64,000 nt of DNA, taken from the NCBI GenBank assembly GCA_963734545.1, contig CAVTHO010000006.1, forward strand, positions 64,001 to 128,000, given 5' to 3'. Below are positions 9,719-20,087 of the stretch, in pieces. How positions within the stretch are numbered: position 1 is the first letter of the stretch; each line of letters starts with the position of its first letter. The stretch comes from an uncultured Spirochaetota bacterium (GTDB taxonomy: Bacteria > Spirochaetota > Spirochaetia > SZUA-6 > Fen-1364). Both the position numbers and the translations under genes were made by a program. The notes beneath the pieces were generated by a model that saw nothing but the letters and a program-made list of their open reading frames with translations, did not search any database and was not told the origin of the DNA.

Positions 9719-10489
9719 GTGACGCCCTTCAAAGCCCTGGCTCTCATTGCCGGTACCCACAGTCTCCTGTCTTGCGGGGCCTTTGGACCCCAGGCGCATA
9801 TCGAGGTGCTCATTCCGGCCCCGCCCGTGCACTGGACACGGGCATTTCCCGACCTTGCTTTTCTCCTGGTTTTTCCGGATGCCGCGGGGCGCGAGCAGGT
9901 GGTGAGGGTTTCTGACCCGGTGAATCCGGTCACGATAGACTGCCCAAAGACCGGGAACACCCCCGTTCTTGCCTACCCCTTCAGCTCCATGGACGAAGAA
10001 GGGGGGATCGGCCGAGAGGGTATGCTCCGCCCCGCCGGCGGGATGTATCCGGACTCGCTGGATGACTCGCGCCTGGAGCCGGCCCTCGTGCTGGACTGGC
10101 GGGACGGGGCGGTTGCCACGGTGCTGTCCCGGCTCATCTCGCTCGGGCGGGACACCTCTCTGGTCAATGCGGCGCGTCTTGCCCGGTACTTTCGGGAAAG
10201 AGAAGACCCATGGAAGCTCGATTTGCCGAGGATCGAGGAGGCGCTCGCAAGAGGAGAGTTTACCGCTTATGACATGGATGAGCTGCCCTGCCGGGACGTA
10301 TACGTGAACGCAGGCCCAGGCGAATGGTTCATGGAAAGTCCCTTTTCCAGTGTTACCACGCTGACCAGGGAAGGGAATCTCGGCTTGACAGGTGTAAGCC
10401 TTGGTATGCACGGGTTGTTCTCGGTGGATGGGCACTTGACGCTGATCAATGTGAGCGGGACCGAAGTCGTCGTGATGCCGGTTCGCTGA
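9719..10489 (+). CDS. Hypothetical lipoprotein
   Basis: 256 aa ORF with an LLS-C lipobox-like site near the N-terminus. Confidence 0.6.
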   Translation: MTPFKALALIAGTHSLLSCGAFGPQAHIEVLIPAPPVHWTRAFPDLAFLLVFPDAAGREQVVRVSDPVNPVTIDCPKTGNTPVLAYPFSSMDEEGGIGREGMLRPAGGMYPDSLDDSRLEPALVLDWRDGAVATVLSRLISLGRDTSLVNAARLARYFREREDPWKLDLPRIEEALARGEFTAYDMDELPCRDVYVNAGPGEWFMESPFSSVTTLTREGNLGLTGVSLGMHGLFSVDGHLTLINVSGTEVVVMPVR

Positions 10490-10498
10490 AGCGCGGCA

Positions 10499-10541
10499 GT
10501 ACGGGGTACTCCCGTACCCGGCGGATTTGGGAGCGCCGCCG
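10499..10541 (+). repeat. Intergenic copy of dispersed palindromic repeat (ACGGGGTAC...GTACCCGGCGGATTTGGGAGCGCCGCC)
   Basis: Near-identical to copies at 22434 and 22461; begins 10 nt after a stop codon; internal hairpin gtacggg/cccgtac. Confidence 0.8.
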
Positions 10542-10581
10542 TTCCGAAGAGCGCGCATGCAGCGCGGGGACGGGCCCGGAC

Positions 10582-10613
10582 AAAAAAGGACGTCGGCGGC
10601 TCCGCCGACGTCA
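10582..10613 (-). terminator. Intrinsic terminator for the DUF1761 gene
   Basis: gacgtcggcgg/ccgccgacgtc stem followed by a T6 run on the minus strand. Confidence 0.75.
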
Positions 10614-10644
10614 CGCCTCCGAGGCCGCCTTCCCGTGGGGGGGA

Positions 10645-11055
10645 CTACTTCCACACGGTGAAGAGAAACCCTTCGGCAATGTAAACGACCAGGAAATAGA
10701 AGAACCCGATGACCCAGAGGGCCGTCGGTCTTGCCTCGAACACACCCGCCGTGAGCATGGCCGACGCTCCCACGCCTACCCAGACCACGGCTCCCGCGAT
10801 CAGCCCCATCCACCAGGTGGTGGTGCCGAAGGCGATGATGATGAGATCCAGGACCAGACAGGAAACAAAGGCGCTGACGAGCGGCAGAAGGAACGTCACC
10901 GCCGACATCTTCATGTCCGACTGCTTTTTCCCCATCTTTGCCATGGCCGCCAGCCAGGGCTTTCCCAGGATGGGACCATACCACAGGAAACCAAGGACCA
11001 TGTTGAACACCGTGCCCGCAATGACCGCAAGCCAGTTTACCTGTGCGAACTGCAT
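10645..11055 (-). CDS. DUF1761 family membrane protein
   Basis: VNWLAVIAG...LGFLWYGPILGKPW signature; four hydrophobic helices. Confidence 0.85.
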   Translation of the reverse strand: MQFAQVNWLAVIAGTVFNMVLGFLWYGPILGKPWLAAMAKMGKKQSDMKMSAVTFLLPLVSAFVSCLVLDLIIIAFGTTTWWMGLIAGAVVWVGVGASAMLTAGVFEARPTALWVIGFFYFLVVYIAEGFLFTVWK

Positions 11056-11137
11056 TGAGTCCTCCTGGCCTAATAAGGTAGCAAAACCGGCTGCGGAGAA
11101 GAAGCAAAATCGATCGATGGCCCCAGGGTCTGCCCGC

Positions 11138-12310
11138 TCAGTCCACGCGGATGATCGTCGCCTTCGTCAGCACCTGCGCCCCTGTTTCCGTCATCAGCAC
11201 GTCGTTTTCCCACCGGACGCCGCCGTGTGCAGGGTGGTAGAGTCCCGGCTCGATCGTGAAGATCATGCCGGGAAGAAGCGTCGGATCCCTGTTCTGGTCC
11301 TGGTTTCGCACCAGGGGGGCTTCGTGCACGTCCATGCCGATTCCATGGCCCAGCGCGTGAGGCATTCTCCAGCCCGAGGGAGCAAACAGGTCATCGACAG
11401 CCATGGCGGGATCACGTGTCGAGGCGCCTGGCTTCGCCGCTCGCACCGCCGTTGCGTACGCCTCCTTCACGAGCCCGATCATCCGCTCCTGCTCCTCGGC
11501 GAGCTTTCCGCGCGCCACGGTGATCGTCACGTCGCTCGAGTAGCCATCCACCTTGATGCCGAAATCGAGGATGGACAGGCCCGGCGCGGCGAATGGCCCG
11601 CGCGAGAATGCCGGAAAGGGGTGGATGGCCCAGCTGCGCGCGGGTCCCGCGGCGAGCGTCTCGAATCCCATGCCCTCGGCGCCGAGGGAGAGCGCTTCCC
11701 GTTCAACGAACTGGGCAATATCGAGCTCGCGCAATTCGTCGGCGCCGCCGGGCGCCGTCAGCAGCGCCTCGACCTTCCCGATGACGGTGTTCGTGATCTC
11801 AGCTGCCCTCAGGACAGCCGCGATCTCCGAGGCATCCTTGATCGTCCTCCACCTGCCGACAGAGGATTCGAACCCGTCCTCCCGGAGAATGACTTCCACG
11901 CCCGGCAGGTCAGACGCCAGCTCCTGGCGGCGAAGGTGGGAGGTTCTCTGCAGAAACTCCACTTTCCTGGGAGAGGCAGACGCCGCCGAGGCACCCAGGC
12001 CTTCCGCTTCCAGCACGCCGATCACTGCCTGGCGAAACGAGCGCTTGAAATCCGTATAGGGAACCACCCGGTCCACCGTGCTCCTGTCCTTCGCCATGTG
12101 CTCGTCCCACGGCACCAGCACGGTCTTGCCGGCGGCGAAGACGAAGAGCACGCCGTCCATTGGATGACCGCAAAGCCAGCGCAGCACGCTCGTGCGCTGG
12201 TTCTCGAAATCGTCCACGACGCATGCGTCGATGCCCGCCTCCGCGAGCCAGGCCGCCAGACGGGCCTGCCGCTCCCGAAACATGGCGGCGGCCGGGTCAG
12301 AGGGTTGCAA
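11138..12310 (-). CDS. Xaa-Pro peptidase family (M24) protein
   Basis: [51 protein letters not shown]. Confidence 0.92.
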   Translation of the reverse strand: MQPSDPAAAMFRERQARLAAWLAEAGIDACVVDDFENQRTSVLRWLCGHPMDGVLFVFAAGKTVLVPWDEHMAKDRSTVDRVVPYTDFKRSFRQAVIGVLEAEGLGASAASASPRKVEFLQRTSHLRRQELASDLPGVEVILREDGFESSVGRWRTIKDASEIAAVLRAAEITNTVIGKVEALLTAPGGADELRELDIAQFVEREALSLGAEGMGFETLAAGPARSWAIHPFPAFSRGPFAAPGLSILDFGIKVDGYSSDVTITVARGKLAEEQERMIGLVKEAYATAVRAAKPGASTRDPAMAVDDLFAPSGWRMPHALGHGIGMDVHEAPLVRNQDQNRDPTLLPGMIFTIEPGLYHPAHGGVRWENDVLMTETGAQVLTKATIIRVD

Positions 12311-14717
12311 CGATATTCACCAGCTTGTTGGGAACCACGATGACTTTCCGGATCTCCTTGCCGGCAAGGAGTTCCTTGATCCTCTCGTGAGTGAGGGCCC
12401 GTTCCCTCAGACCGTCTTCAGCGGTACCGGCCGGCATGCTCTCCTTGGCCCGGTTCTTTCCATTGATCTGGAACACGATCTCCACCAGATCCTCGACCGT
12501 GAGAGATTCCTTCCAGTCCGGCCACGCCTGCCGGGCGAGTGAGGGCGCGTTTCCCAGTTTGCCCCAGAGCTCTTCGGCCAGGTGCGGGGCGTACGGAGAA
12601 AGCAGGAGGACGAACGGCGTCCAGAGCGCCCGCGGCATCCTGTCGAGTCCCGCGGTCTCGTTGAGGAATATCATCATCTGGGCAATGGCGGTGTTGAACT
12701 CCAGCCTCTCCGTGTCGTGGGTCACCTTCTTGACGGTCTTGTGCAGCACGCGCATGAGCGGCTCAGGGGGCGCATCGTCCGTCAGAGGCAGCTCCCCCGC
12801 GCGCCAGATTCTTTCCAGGAATCTGCGTGCGCCCGCGATTCCGCGGGTGGACCATGGCTTGGACACTTCAAGCGGACCCATGAACATCTCGTAGACGCGC
12901 ATCGTGTCCGCCCCGTATTCCTTCACGATGTCGTCGGGATTGATCACGTTTCCCATGCTCTTCGACATCTTCACGCCGCCCTCGCCGAGTATCATGCCCT
13001 GATTGATCAGCCGCATGAACGGCTCCGAGGTGTTGACCAGTCCTTCGTCGAAAAGGAATTTGTGCCAGAAACGCGCGTAGAGGAGATGAAGGACCGCGTG
13101 CTCCGCCCCCCCGACGTACAGATCCACCGGCATCCAGTAGTCGATCTTCTCACGCGCCGCGAAGACCTTGTCGTTCCTGGGGTCCAGAAACCGAAGGTAG
13201 TACCAGCAGGATCCCGCCCACTGAGGCATGGTGTTGGTTTCCCGCTTCGCCGGGCCTCCGCATTTCGGGCATGTCGTGTTCACCCAATCCGGGATGGCGG
13301 CCAGCGGGCTTTCGCCCGTGTTGCTAGGGATGACGGTCTTCACCTCCGGGAGGGTCAGGGGAAGCTGTTCATACGGCACGGCGACCGTGCCGTCCCGGGG
13401 GCAGTGCACCAGGGGAATCGGCTCTCCCCAGTAGCGCTGACGCGAGAAGATCCAGTCGCGCAGCTTGTAATTGACCGCGCGCTTTCCGATGCCCCTTTTC
13501 TCCAGCCAGGCGATGATCCTGTCCTTGAACTCGGCGGTGGCCAGGCCGTTGAACTCCCCTGAGTTGACCGCGATCCCCGGCTCGGGATCAGCGGCGGACA
13601 TCTCGGACTCGGTGCCGTCCTTCGAGACCACCTGCACGATGGGCAGCCCGAACTTCTTTGCGAACTCGAAGTCCCTCTCGTCGTGCGCGGGCACCGCCAT
13701 GATGGCGCCGGTGCCGTAGGAGATGAGGATGTAGTCGGAAATCCAGACCGGGATCCTCTGCCCGTTGACGGGATTGAGCGCGTACGCACCGGTGAACACG
13801 CCCGTTTTCTCCTTGGCAAGCTCGGTGCGTTCCAGATCCGATTTCATTGCCGCGGCGGCGACGTAGCGGCCAACAGCATCCTTCTGCGCGGGGGTCGTGA
13901 TCTTTCCCACGAGTGCGTGCTCGGGCGCGAGCACCATGTAGGTGGCGCCGAACAGTGTATCCGGCCGCGTGGTGTACACCTCGATCGGGTCAGCGCCCTT
14001 TTCCAGCTCGAAGCGGACGTTCGCGCCCTCGCTCCTGCCGATCCAGTTGGTCTGCATGAGCTTCAGGGAATCCGACCAGTCCAGCAGGTCCAGGTCCGCC
14101 AGGAGCCGCTCCGCGTACGCGGTGATCCTGAGGATCCACTGACGCAGGTTGCGCCTCGTGACCGGCGTGCCGCACCTGTCGCACAGGCCGTCCTTCACCT
14201 CTTCATTGGCCAGACCTGTCAGGCAGGAGGGACACCAGTTGATGGGAACCTCGGCCTCATAGGCCAGCCCTTTCTCCCAGAGTCTCAGGAATATCCATTG
14301 GGTCCACCGGTAGTATTCGGGCTCGCAGGAAGAGAGGCACCTGTCCCAGTCGTAGGAGAATCCCAGCGATTTGATCTGCGCGGTGAAGCGCGCGATGTTC
14401 TGTTCCGTGGAGACCCGGGGATGAGTGCCCGTCTTGATGGCGTAGTTTTCCGCGGGCAGACCGAATGAGTCGAAGCCCATTGGATGGAGAACCTGGTATC
14501 CCTTCATGCGGAGATAGCGGCAGTAGATATCCGTGGCGAAATAGCCCTCCGGGTGACCCACGTGAAGTCCCGCGGCGGACGGGTAGGGGAACATGTCGAG
14601 GACGTACTTGCGCTTCTCCCGCGGGACGGCGGGATCTTCCGTTGTGCGGAAGGTCTTGTGCTTCTCCCAATATGACTGCCACTTGTGTTCGATGTCACTG
14701 AATGGATATCCGGCCAT
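12297..14717 (-). CDS. leuS: Leucine--tRNA ligase
   Basis: [16 protein letters not shown] (HIGH), [13 protein letters not shown] and [15 protein letters not shown] editing domain, KMSKS. Confidence 0.98.
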   Translation of the reverse strand: MAGYPFSDIEHKWQSYWEKHKTFRTTEDPAVPREKRKYVLDMFPYPSAAGLHVGHPEGYFATDIYCRYLRMKGYQVLHPMGFDSFGLPAENYAIKTGTHPRVSTEQNIARFTAQIKSLGFSYDWDRCLSSCEPEYYRWTQWIFLRLWEKGLAYEAEVPINWCPSCLTGLANEEVKDGLCDRCGTPVTRRNLRQWILRITAYAERLLADLDLLDWSDSLKLMQTNWIGRSEGANVRFELEKGADPIEVYTTRPDTLFGATYMVLAPEHALVGKITTPAQKDAVGRYVAAAAMKSDLERTELAKEKTGVFTGAYALNPVNGQRIPVWISDYILISYGTGAIMAVPAHDERDFEFAKKFGLPIVQVVSKDGTESEMSAADPEPGIAVNSGEFNGLATAEFKDRIIAWLEKRGIGKRAVNYKLRDWIFSRQRYWGEPIPLVHCPRDGTVAVPYEQLPLTLPEVKTVIPSNTGESPLAAIPDWVNTTCPKCGGPAKRETNTMPQWAGSCWYYLRFLDPRNDKVFAAREKIDYWMPVDLYVGGAEHAVLHLLYARFWHKFLFDEGLVNTSEPFMRLINQGMILGEGGVKMSKSMGNVINPDDIVKEYGADTMRVYEMFMGPLEVSKPWSTRGIAGARRFLERIWRAGELPLTDDAPPEPLMRVLHKTVKKVTHDTERLEFNTAIAQMMIFLNETAGLDRMPRALWTPFVLLLSPYAPHLAEELWGKLGNAPSLARQAWPDWKESLTVEDLVEIVFQINGKNRAKESMPAGTAEDGLRERALTHERIKELLAGKEIRKVIVVPNKLVNIVATL

Positions 14718-14723
14718 GGCGGG

Positions 14724-14752
14724 ATGATAATCATGCGGTGGGCCGGGGTCAA
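14724..14752 (-). promoter_or_regulatory. Sigma70 promoter of leuS, leaderless architecture
   Basis: TTGACC-N17-TATCAT-N6-ATG; no room for an RBS or a T-box leader. Confidence 0.7.
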
Positions 14753-14799
14753 CACTGCGCAACGGCCATGTCTGCGCGACGGGCGAGGCTTTTCCGGAA

Positions 14800-14824
14800 G
14801 GAGGAGGCCCCGGGGGCCTCCTCC
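14800..14824. terminator. GC hairpin after the LysM gene
   Basis: ggaggaggccc/gggcctcctcc perfect stem. Confidence 0.6.
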
Positions 14825-14836
14825 GCATTCAGGTCA

Positions 14837-15559
14837 TTACTTGGGCGAGTAGGTCGGGTAATTCACTTCCGGATCGTATTCGCCTTCCCTCGTTTCCCCG
14901 CTGGCGCTGGGAATGACGAAATGCTGGCCGGGCTCGATCAGGTCCGGGTTGTCCGGATTCTCCAGAAGGGACTTGTTCGCGTTGTACAACAGTCTCCACT
15001 TCCAGGGATCGTTGTAGACCCACGGGAATCCGGCGATCCTCCAGAAGCAGTCCCTCTTTGAGATGACGAGCCGCACCGTGTAGTACTGCGGCAGCGCCGG
15101 CTCCGAAGGGGTCTTGGCGACCACCGGGGCGACGTTCGCCAGGGCAGCGAGGGCGGTCTTGGAAAGCCCGATGCTCTTCTCATAGTCTTTCGCATCGAGC
15201 GCTTCCTTGGCGCCGCCTGCGGCGGTCACGGCCGTGTTGTACGCGTCCTTGTAGTTCGTGTCCGCCTTGATGGACTTCGCGTACGCAATGCGGTCCTTGG
15301 CCTGCGCCAGCCACCCATTGGCCCTGTAGAACATGAGCATCGTCTCGACGTATTCGTCGGATTTTGCGAGGTTGTCTTTGGCCTCAGCCGCCAGGCTTGC
15401 CGCTTCATCGTAGTCTCCCGCCTGCAGCGCCTGTTCGGACTGCGCCACCAGGTCCTTGGCCTTGTTGTAGAACTCATTGTCCAGGAGGGACTGGGCCGAG
15501 AGGGTCGAGATGCCGAGGAACAAGGCGATAGAGACGGCCACAAGAATTGTTTTCTTCAT
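14837..15559 (-). CDS. Exported helical protein with C-terminal LysM domain
   Basis: Signal peptide; YYTVR...RDCFWRIAG.PWVYNDPWKWRLLYNAN...NPDLIEPGQ, a spirochaete-type LysM. Confidence 0.88.
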   Translation of the reverse strand: MKKTILVAVSIALFLGISTLSAQSLLDNEFYNKAKDLVAQSEQALQAGDYDEAASLAAEAKDNLAKSDEYVETMLMFYRANGWLAQAKDRIAYAKSIKADTNYKDAYNTAVTAAGGAKEALDAKDYEKSIGLSKTALAALANVAPVVAKTPSEPALPQYYTVRLVISKRDCFWRIAGFPWVYNDPWKWRLLYNANKSLLENPDNPDLIEPGQHFVIPSASGETREGEYDPEVNYPTYSPK

Positions 15560-16216
15560 TTAGAAACCCTCATCCTTCAGCGCCTTCTGTGCGTCCGCGG
15601 CCTTCTTTTCAGAGGCCGTCATCGCATCCTTCGTGTCCGCCAGGGATTTCGTGGCGTTCTGCATCTTCAGCAGCGCCTGGGCAGCCACGGCATCGAACAA
15701 GTCGCGGGCCTTTGCGAAATCCGTCACCGCGTTTTCGAGGTCTCCGGCATCCTTCTCCTTCAAGGCGCGCTGGTACACGTCATTGGCTTCCGCGTATTGA
15801 TCTTTGACCGCGACCGACGCCTTCAGGTCATCCGCCGCCTTTTTTTTCGCCTCGGTCTGCGCCTGCACCTTGGCGAGGTAGAGAGCTCCGCCCTTGGTGA
15901 TGACGGAGTTGAACTCGTCGATTGCCTTGGTCAGGGACTCCTTTGCAGCTGCGTTGTCCTTGCCGTACGCATCCTGTCCCGCCTTCAGATCCTTTGTTGC
16001 AGCGGCGTAGTCCTCGGGATCGTATTCACGGAGCCCGTATTTGTCCGCCTTTTGCTGCAGGCTCTGCGCCTGCGCCAGCTCTGCGTCAGGCGCGGCAACC
16101 GCCGGCTTCTCCGGCGGCTGCGGGGCCTCCGGGGGTGTGGCAGGAGGCGTGCTTGCGCAGGAGACGGCAAGGAGGAGCGCCGCAAGAAGCGCTGCCCATG
16201 GAACTATCTTTCTCAT
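15560..16216 (-). CDS. Helical lipoprotein, partner of the LysM protein
   Basis: LLLAVS-C lipobox, Pro-rich linker, Ala/Lys-rich helices; stop abuts the next start. Confidence 0.8.
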   Translation of the reverse strand: MRKIVPWAALLAALLLAVSCASTPPATPPEAPQPPEKPAVAAPDAELAQAQSLQQKADKYGLREYDPEDYAAATKDLKAGQDAYGKDNAAAKESLTKAIDEFNSVITKGGALYLAKVQAQTEAKKKAADDLKASVAVKDQYAEANDVYQRALKEKDAGDLENAVTDFAKARDLFDAVAAQALLKMQNATKSLADTKDAMTASEKKAADAQKALKDEGF

Positions 16217-16347
16217 ATTCGCTCTCCTCTCTCTCGAACACCAGTTCTGATGACTAGTATACTACTTTGCCGGGGGCCATTTGTCCATGCGATATCCGTG
16301 CTCCCGGATACCCTATCCGGAGAGCATTCACGCAGTATACTGCGGAT

Positions 16348-17523
16348 GTGAGTGATGCGCGATATGCCTGTGTCGCGGCTGCGAGCTTCGGCCTCGAATC
16401 CATTGTCCGTGTCGAGCTGGAGAACCTCGGGATACAGGGCGCGCGCGCCTCTGACCGGCGCGTCCTGTTCGAAGGATCCGCGCGGGATATCGCCCGCAGC
16501 AATCTCGGATTGCGGACGGCTGATCGCGTGCTCATCCAGCTTGCCGAGTATCCCGCTGCGGATTTCGATGCCTTGTATGAAGGAGTGCGCGCCGTCCCCT
16601 GGAAGGACCTTCTGAGCAAAGGAGCCGCGGTCGATGTGGCTGCGCGAAGCGCAAAATCGAGGCTGACAGCGACCCCCACGATTCAATCCGTGGCCAAGAA
16701 AGCCATCGTCGACGCTCTTCGCGGCATCCGCGGCAGGGAGCGGTCATCGGCGCGCATGGAGGAGACCGGCATTCACTATGATGTCGAGGTTGCCCTTCAT
16801 TCCGACCGGGCCTCCGTCTGCCTCGACACGACGGGGCCGGGCCTGCACAAGCGCGGCTACAGAGCGGCGGCCGGAGAAGCGCCGCTGCGCGAGAACCTCG
16901 CCGCTGCCCTCGTGCTGTTGTCCCGGTGGGAAAGCCCGCGTCCATTCGCGGATCCTTTCTGCGGATCCGGGACCATCCCCATCGAGGCTGCCCTCGTGGC
17001 TGCTCACATCGCTCCGGGCATCCGGCGGTCATTTGCCGCCGAGGCGTGGCCCCTCATCTCTTCGGCAGTCTGGAGAGATGCGCGGGAGCAGGCGCGCGCG
17101 GAAGAACAGAAGCGCGTCCCGACAGAGATCGCGGCCTCCGACCGCGACGGGAGGATCGTCGAGATTGCCGCGGAGAACGCCCGGGCGGCGGGTGTGGCTG
17201 ACATGGTCCGGTTTCGACACGCGCCATTCGAGGGATTCACTCCGCAAGGCGACTATGGCTGCATGGTGTGCAACCCGCCCTATGGGCTGCGCCTGGGAGA
17301 GCAGAGGGAGGTGGAGCTGCTCTATCGCGCAATGGGCACGCTCTTTCGCGGCCTGCCCACCTGGTCCCTGTTCGCCCTCTCCGCACGAGATGACTTCCAG
17401 AAGTTCTTCGGCGCGCGCGCTTCCCGCAACCGCAAGCTTTACAATGGGAATGTGCGCTGCTGGTACTACCAGTACTTCGGCCCGCTGCCGGGAGCAAAGG
17501 ACCTGCCGCCGGCGAGTGGCTGA
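16348..17523 (+). CDS. THUMP-domain class I SAM RNA methyltransferase (RlmL/YpsC-like)
   Basis: NLGLRTADRV, LDTTGPGLHKRGYR, APLRENLAAAL, DPFCGSGTIPIEAA, NPPYG.RL, RKLYNG. Confidence 0.93.
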   Translation: MSDARYACVAAASFGLESIVRVELENLGIQGARASDRRVLFEGSARDIARSNLGLRTADRVLIQLAEYPAADFDALYEGVRAVPWKDLLSKGAAVDVAARSAKSRLTATPTIQSVAKKAIVDALRGIRGRERSSARMEETGIHYDVEVALHSDRASVCLDTTGPGLHKRGYRAAAGEAPLRENLAAALVLLSRWESPRPFADPFCGSGTIPIEAALVAAHIAPGIRRSFAAEAWPLISSAVWRDAREQARAEEQKRVPTEIAASDRDGRIVEIAAENARAAGVADMVRFRHAPFEGFTPQGDYGCMVCNPPYGLRLGEQREVELLYRAMGTLFRGLPTWSLFALSARDDFQKFFGARASRNRKLYNGNVRCWYYQYFGPLPGAKDLPPASG

Positions 17524-17545
17524 GGCCCCGCCCCGCCGCAGCGCC

Positions 17546-18499
17546 TCACTCCTTCTTCCGCATCCGGCACACGAAGAATCCCTCTTTCTCCGAGTCGGGA
17601 AACACACGCAGCGCCAGGGCGAGACAGGGCAGCAGGCCGCGTGTCATTCCTGCATACGCGCCCGGTATCCGGACCGGCACTTTTTCCACTTGCAGCGGAA
17701 AACTCTCCAGCGCCCATTGCACCAGACGCTCGTTCTCCTCCAGGTTCAGTGTGCAGGTGGAATAGACGAGAACGCCCCCCGGCTTCAACGCCCGTACTCC
17801 GCTTGCCAGGAGCTTGCGCTGCAGCCGCACACTCTCTGTCACGACCTTCCTTGACCAGCCTCGTGATGTCGCCGGCTCGAACACGATGAATCGGCCTTCA
17901 CCCGAGCAGGGAACGTCGAGAAGAACCCTGTCAAAGCTCTCCGGTGCGAGCTCCCCGATCTTCTCACCCCTGCCCTGCCTCACCTCGACGATGCTGCATC
18001 CCTGCATCCGGACGTTATAGGCCAATCGCTCCACGCGTATTGCGTCAGCGTCGTTGGCCAGGATCGAGCCGCTGTTTCCCATGAGCGCCGCCATCTGCGT
18101 GGTCTTGCTCCCCGGTGCCGCGGCCAGGTCCAGCACGCGCTCTCCCGGCAGGGGACCGAGCGCAAGGGCAGGGATCATGCTCGAAAGGTTCTGAAGGTAG
18201 ATCCGGCCGTCCGCGTACACGGCCCATGCCTCGGCATCCCGCTCGCGCAGCTCGGCGAGCACAAACGCATCGTGATACCAGGGCACGCGGCGGTACTTGA
18301 CCGCGTTGTCGTGGAAGAACCGCATGAGCGCCTCTGCCGAGCCGCGCAGAGTGTTCGCCCGGAGCGTCGTGCAGCGCCTGCCTCCCATGCCCCGGAGGAT
18401 TGCTTCCGTCACGGGCTGGGGAAAGGTCGCGTCAAGTATTTCGAGGAACTCGCCGGGAAGACGCCGCCGCGCCTCCCCCACTGATGCCCGATGCGCCAC
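17546..18499 (-). CDS. RsmB/NOP family RNA m5C methyltransferase (RsmF-like)
   Basis: VLDLAAAPGSKTTQ, FDRVLLDVPCSGEG, LVYSTCT...EENE. Confidence 0.92.
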   Translation of the reverse strand: MAHRASVGEARRRLPGEFLEILDATFPQPVTEAILRGMGGRRCTTLRANTLRGSAEALMRFFHDNAVKYRRVPWYHDAFVLAELRERDAEAWAVYADGRIYLQNLSSMIPALALGPLPGERVLDLAAAPGSKTTQMAALMGNSGSILANDADAIRVERLAYNVRMQGCSIVEVRQGRGEKIGELAPESFDRVLLDVPCSGEGRFIVFEPATSRGWSRKVVTESVRLQRKLLASGVRALKPGGVLVYSTCTLNLEENERLVQWALESFPLQVEKVPVRIPGAYAGMTRGLLPCLALALRVFPDSEKEGFFVCRMRKKE

Positions 18500-18570
18500 G
18501 CCGTCACTGTAACATGGAGGGCCTTGACTTTCCCTCCCGGTGTCAGCTATTTTTCTCCCGGTATTTCCCC

Positions 18571-19431
18571 ATGCTTGCCCGCATTTCCGCGCACGCTGCG
18601 CTTTGGACGGCCTGGCTGAGGGACGTCGCGAAGCCGGCCCGGATTGCCGGAAAGCTCGCGCGGGCGCTCCTCCTCCTGGTCCTCCTCTGCCATGCAGCGC
18701 TCATACTATTCGTCCTCGTTGCCAGCCTGGCGCTCCTGCGCTGGAATCCGCCGGTGACGGCGCTCATGCTCTACCGCGGCGCCACCGCCCACCAGAAGAC
18801 GCAGCCGATCCGATTCGTGCCGCTGCGCAGCATCCCGCGCGTGGTGCGCACCATGGTGATCCGGCTCGAGGACTACAAGTTCTACCGTCACGCGGGAGTC
18901 GACCTGGGCGCCATCCGTGACGCGTGGGTCATCAACCGGTCCATCAAAAGGACCGCGGTGGGCGGCAGCACCATCCCGATGCAGCTGGCGAGAAACCTCT
19001 TCCTCACGCCTCGCAAGACCTACTTCCGGAAATACCTCGAGGCAGTCATCGCCCTCGAGATGGATCTCATTCTTCCCAAGGACAGGATTCTCGAGCTGTA
19101 TCTGAACTGCATCGAGTGGGGCAGGGGGATTTTCGGCATCGGCGCCGCCGCCGCCTACCATTACGACTCCGGCGTGGGCAACCTCGGACTCGACGAATTG
19201 CGTCGTCTCGTTACCATCATCACCAATCCCCTGCGCTACAACGTGACGACTTTCGAGAAGAGCCGCCAGATGGCGGCCCGGTACGCGTACCTGGTCAGCC
19301 GGTTTCCCGATCCCGCATCGACGTACCCGGCGGATTCTTCCGCCGAGCCATCGGAGTTCGAACCGGTTGCGAAGATACCTGACGCGCCCGAGATCGAGGC
19401 CTCTCCCCCGCCTCTGCCCGCTCCCCCTTAG
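18571..19431 (+). CDS. mtgA: Monofunctional peptidoglycan transglycosylase
   Basis: GT51 motifs ED.KFY.H.GVD, GGSTIPMQLARNLFL, RKYLE, KDRILELYLN.IEWG.GIFG. Confidence 0.9.
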   Translation: MLARISAHAALWTAWLRDVAKPARIAGKLARALLLLVLLCHAALILFVLVASLALLRWNPPVTALMLYRGATAHQKTQPIRFVPLRSIPRVVRTMVIRLEDYKFYRHAGVDLGAIRDAWVINRSIKRTAVGGSTIPMQLARNLFLTPRKTYFRKYLEAVIALEMDLILPKDRILELYLNCIEWGRGIFGIGAAAAYHYDSGVGNLGLDELRRLVTIITNPLRYNVTTFEKSRQMAARYAYLVSRFPDPASTYPADSSAEPSEFEPVAKIPDAPEIEASPPPLPAPP

Positions 19432-19508
19432 CCCCAGCTCCTGCCCGCACGCGGCGCACTGTTTGACGGGATTGATGGCAGAATGCGGCGCCAGGTCCGC
19501 CGAACACG

Positions 19509-19654
19509 GCGATGCGAATCCGCGGACTACCGCGATGCGAATCCGCGGACTACCGCGATGCGAATCCGCGGACTACCGCGATGCGAATCCGCGGACTACC
19601 GCGATGCGAATCCGCGGACTACCGCGATGCGAATCCGCGGACTACCGCGATGCG
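19509..19654. repeat. Perfect tandem array, 6.3 x 23 bp (GCGATGCGAATCCGCGGACTACC)
   Basis: Six identical units at 19509, 19532, 19555, 19578, 19601, 19624 plus 8 bp; no spacers; abuts the stop codon at 19655. Confidence 0.98.
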
Positions 19655-19936
19655 CTATTTTCTGTCGATTTCTTTCCTGTGCGTGTCACACAGCCTGTAG
19701 AGGGCGCCGGTGAGCGGGTTCTTCCGGGTGACCTTTGCCCCACAGCGGACGCAGAGACCTTCGTCCCGTCTCTTCCTGTACAAGAGCGCCGATCTTTCCG
19801 TGCCCGAAGATTTGTAGCGACTGACCTGCACCCTGTAGCCCTTGTACAGCCAGGTTCCGATCGCCTTCTCGTTGCCGGTCTTCAGGTCCGAAAAAACGCG
19901 TTTCAGCGCCTCTGGCGCGATTTTCCTCGGTTCCAT
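19655..19936 (-). CDS. Small basic protein with CxxC...CxxH putative zinc site (resembles Leptospira LIC10235 family)
   Basis: LYKGYRVQVSRY, GLCVRCG, LYRLCDTHR; GGAGG RBS. Family name is from memory, not a search. Confidence 0.7.
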   Translation of the reverse strand: MEPRKIAPEALKRVFSDLKTGNEKAIGTWLYKGYRVQVSRYKSSGTERSALLYRKRRDEGLCVRCGAKVTRKNPLTGALYRLCDTHRKEIDRK

Positions 19937-20040
19937 GGTGTGCCCTCCCTGTGACTTTTGTGTATGAAAAAATAATAGTCCCGGTCCCGGGAGAAAGCAA
20001 GCAAATGCGGTGTGCGGCGGCGGGCGCCTGACAGCGGTCA

Positions 20041-20086
20041 GAATCCGCGGGGTACCGCGGCGCGAATCCGCGGGGTACCGCGGCGC
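20041..20086. repeat. Two-copy variant of the 23 bp repeat (GAATCCGCGGGGTACCGCGGCGC)
   Basis: Two units directly behind the stop codon of the ComFB gene; hairpin ccgcgg-ggta-ccgcgg. Confidence 0.92.
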
Positions 20087-20087
20087 C

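Noticed and set aside
9116-11107. 663 aa minus-strand ORF and similar long antisense ORFs (for example 43942-45816 and 10709-12343)
   Set aside because: Shadow frames of GC-rich genes with recognisable products on other frames; Arg/Gly/Pro/His-rich with no motifs.
14718-14830. T-box leader for leuS
   Set aside because: No T-box consensus, and a promoter sits immediately before the ATG.
19509-19654. CRISPR array
   Set aside because: Units are directly adjacent with no unique spacers, and no cas genes are in the window.
19367-19954. Repeat-protein ORFs (RIRGLPRCESADYRDANPRTTAM)
   Set aside because: These are translations of the 23 bp DNA array in all frames, overlapping a better-supported gene on the opposite strand.
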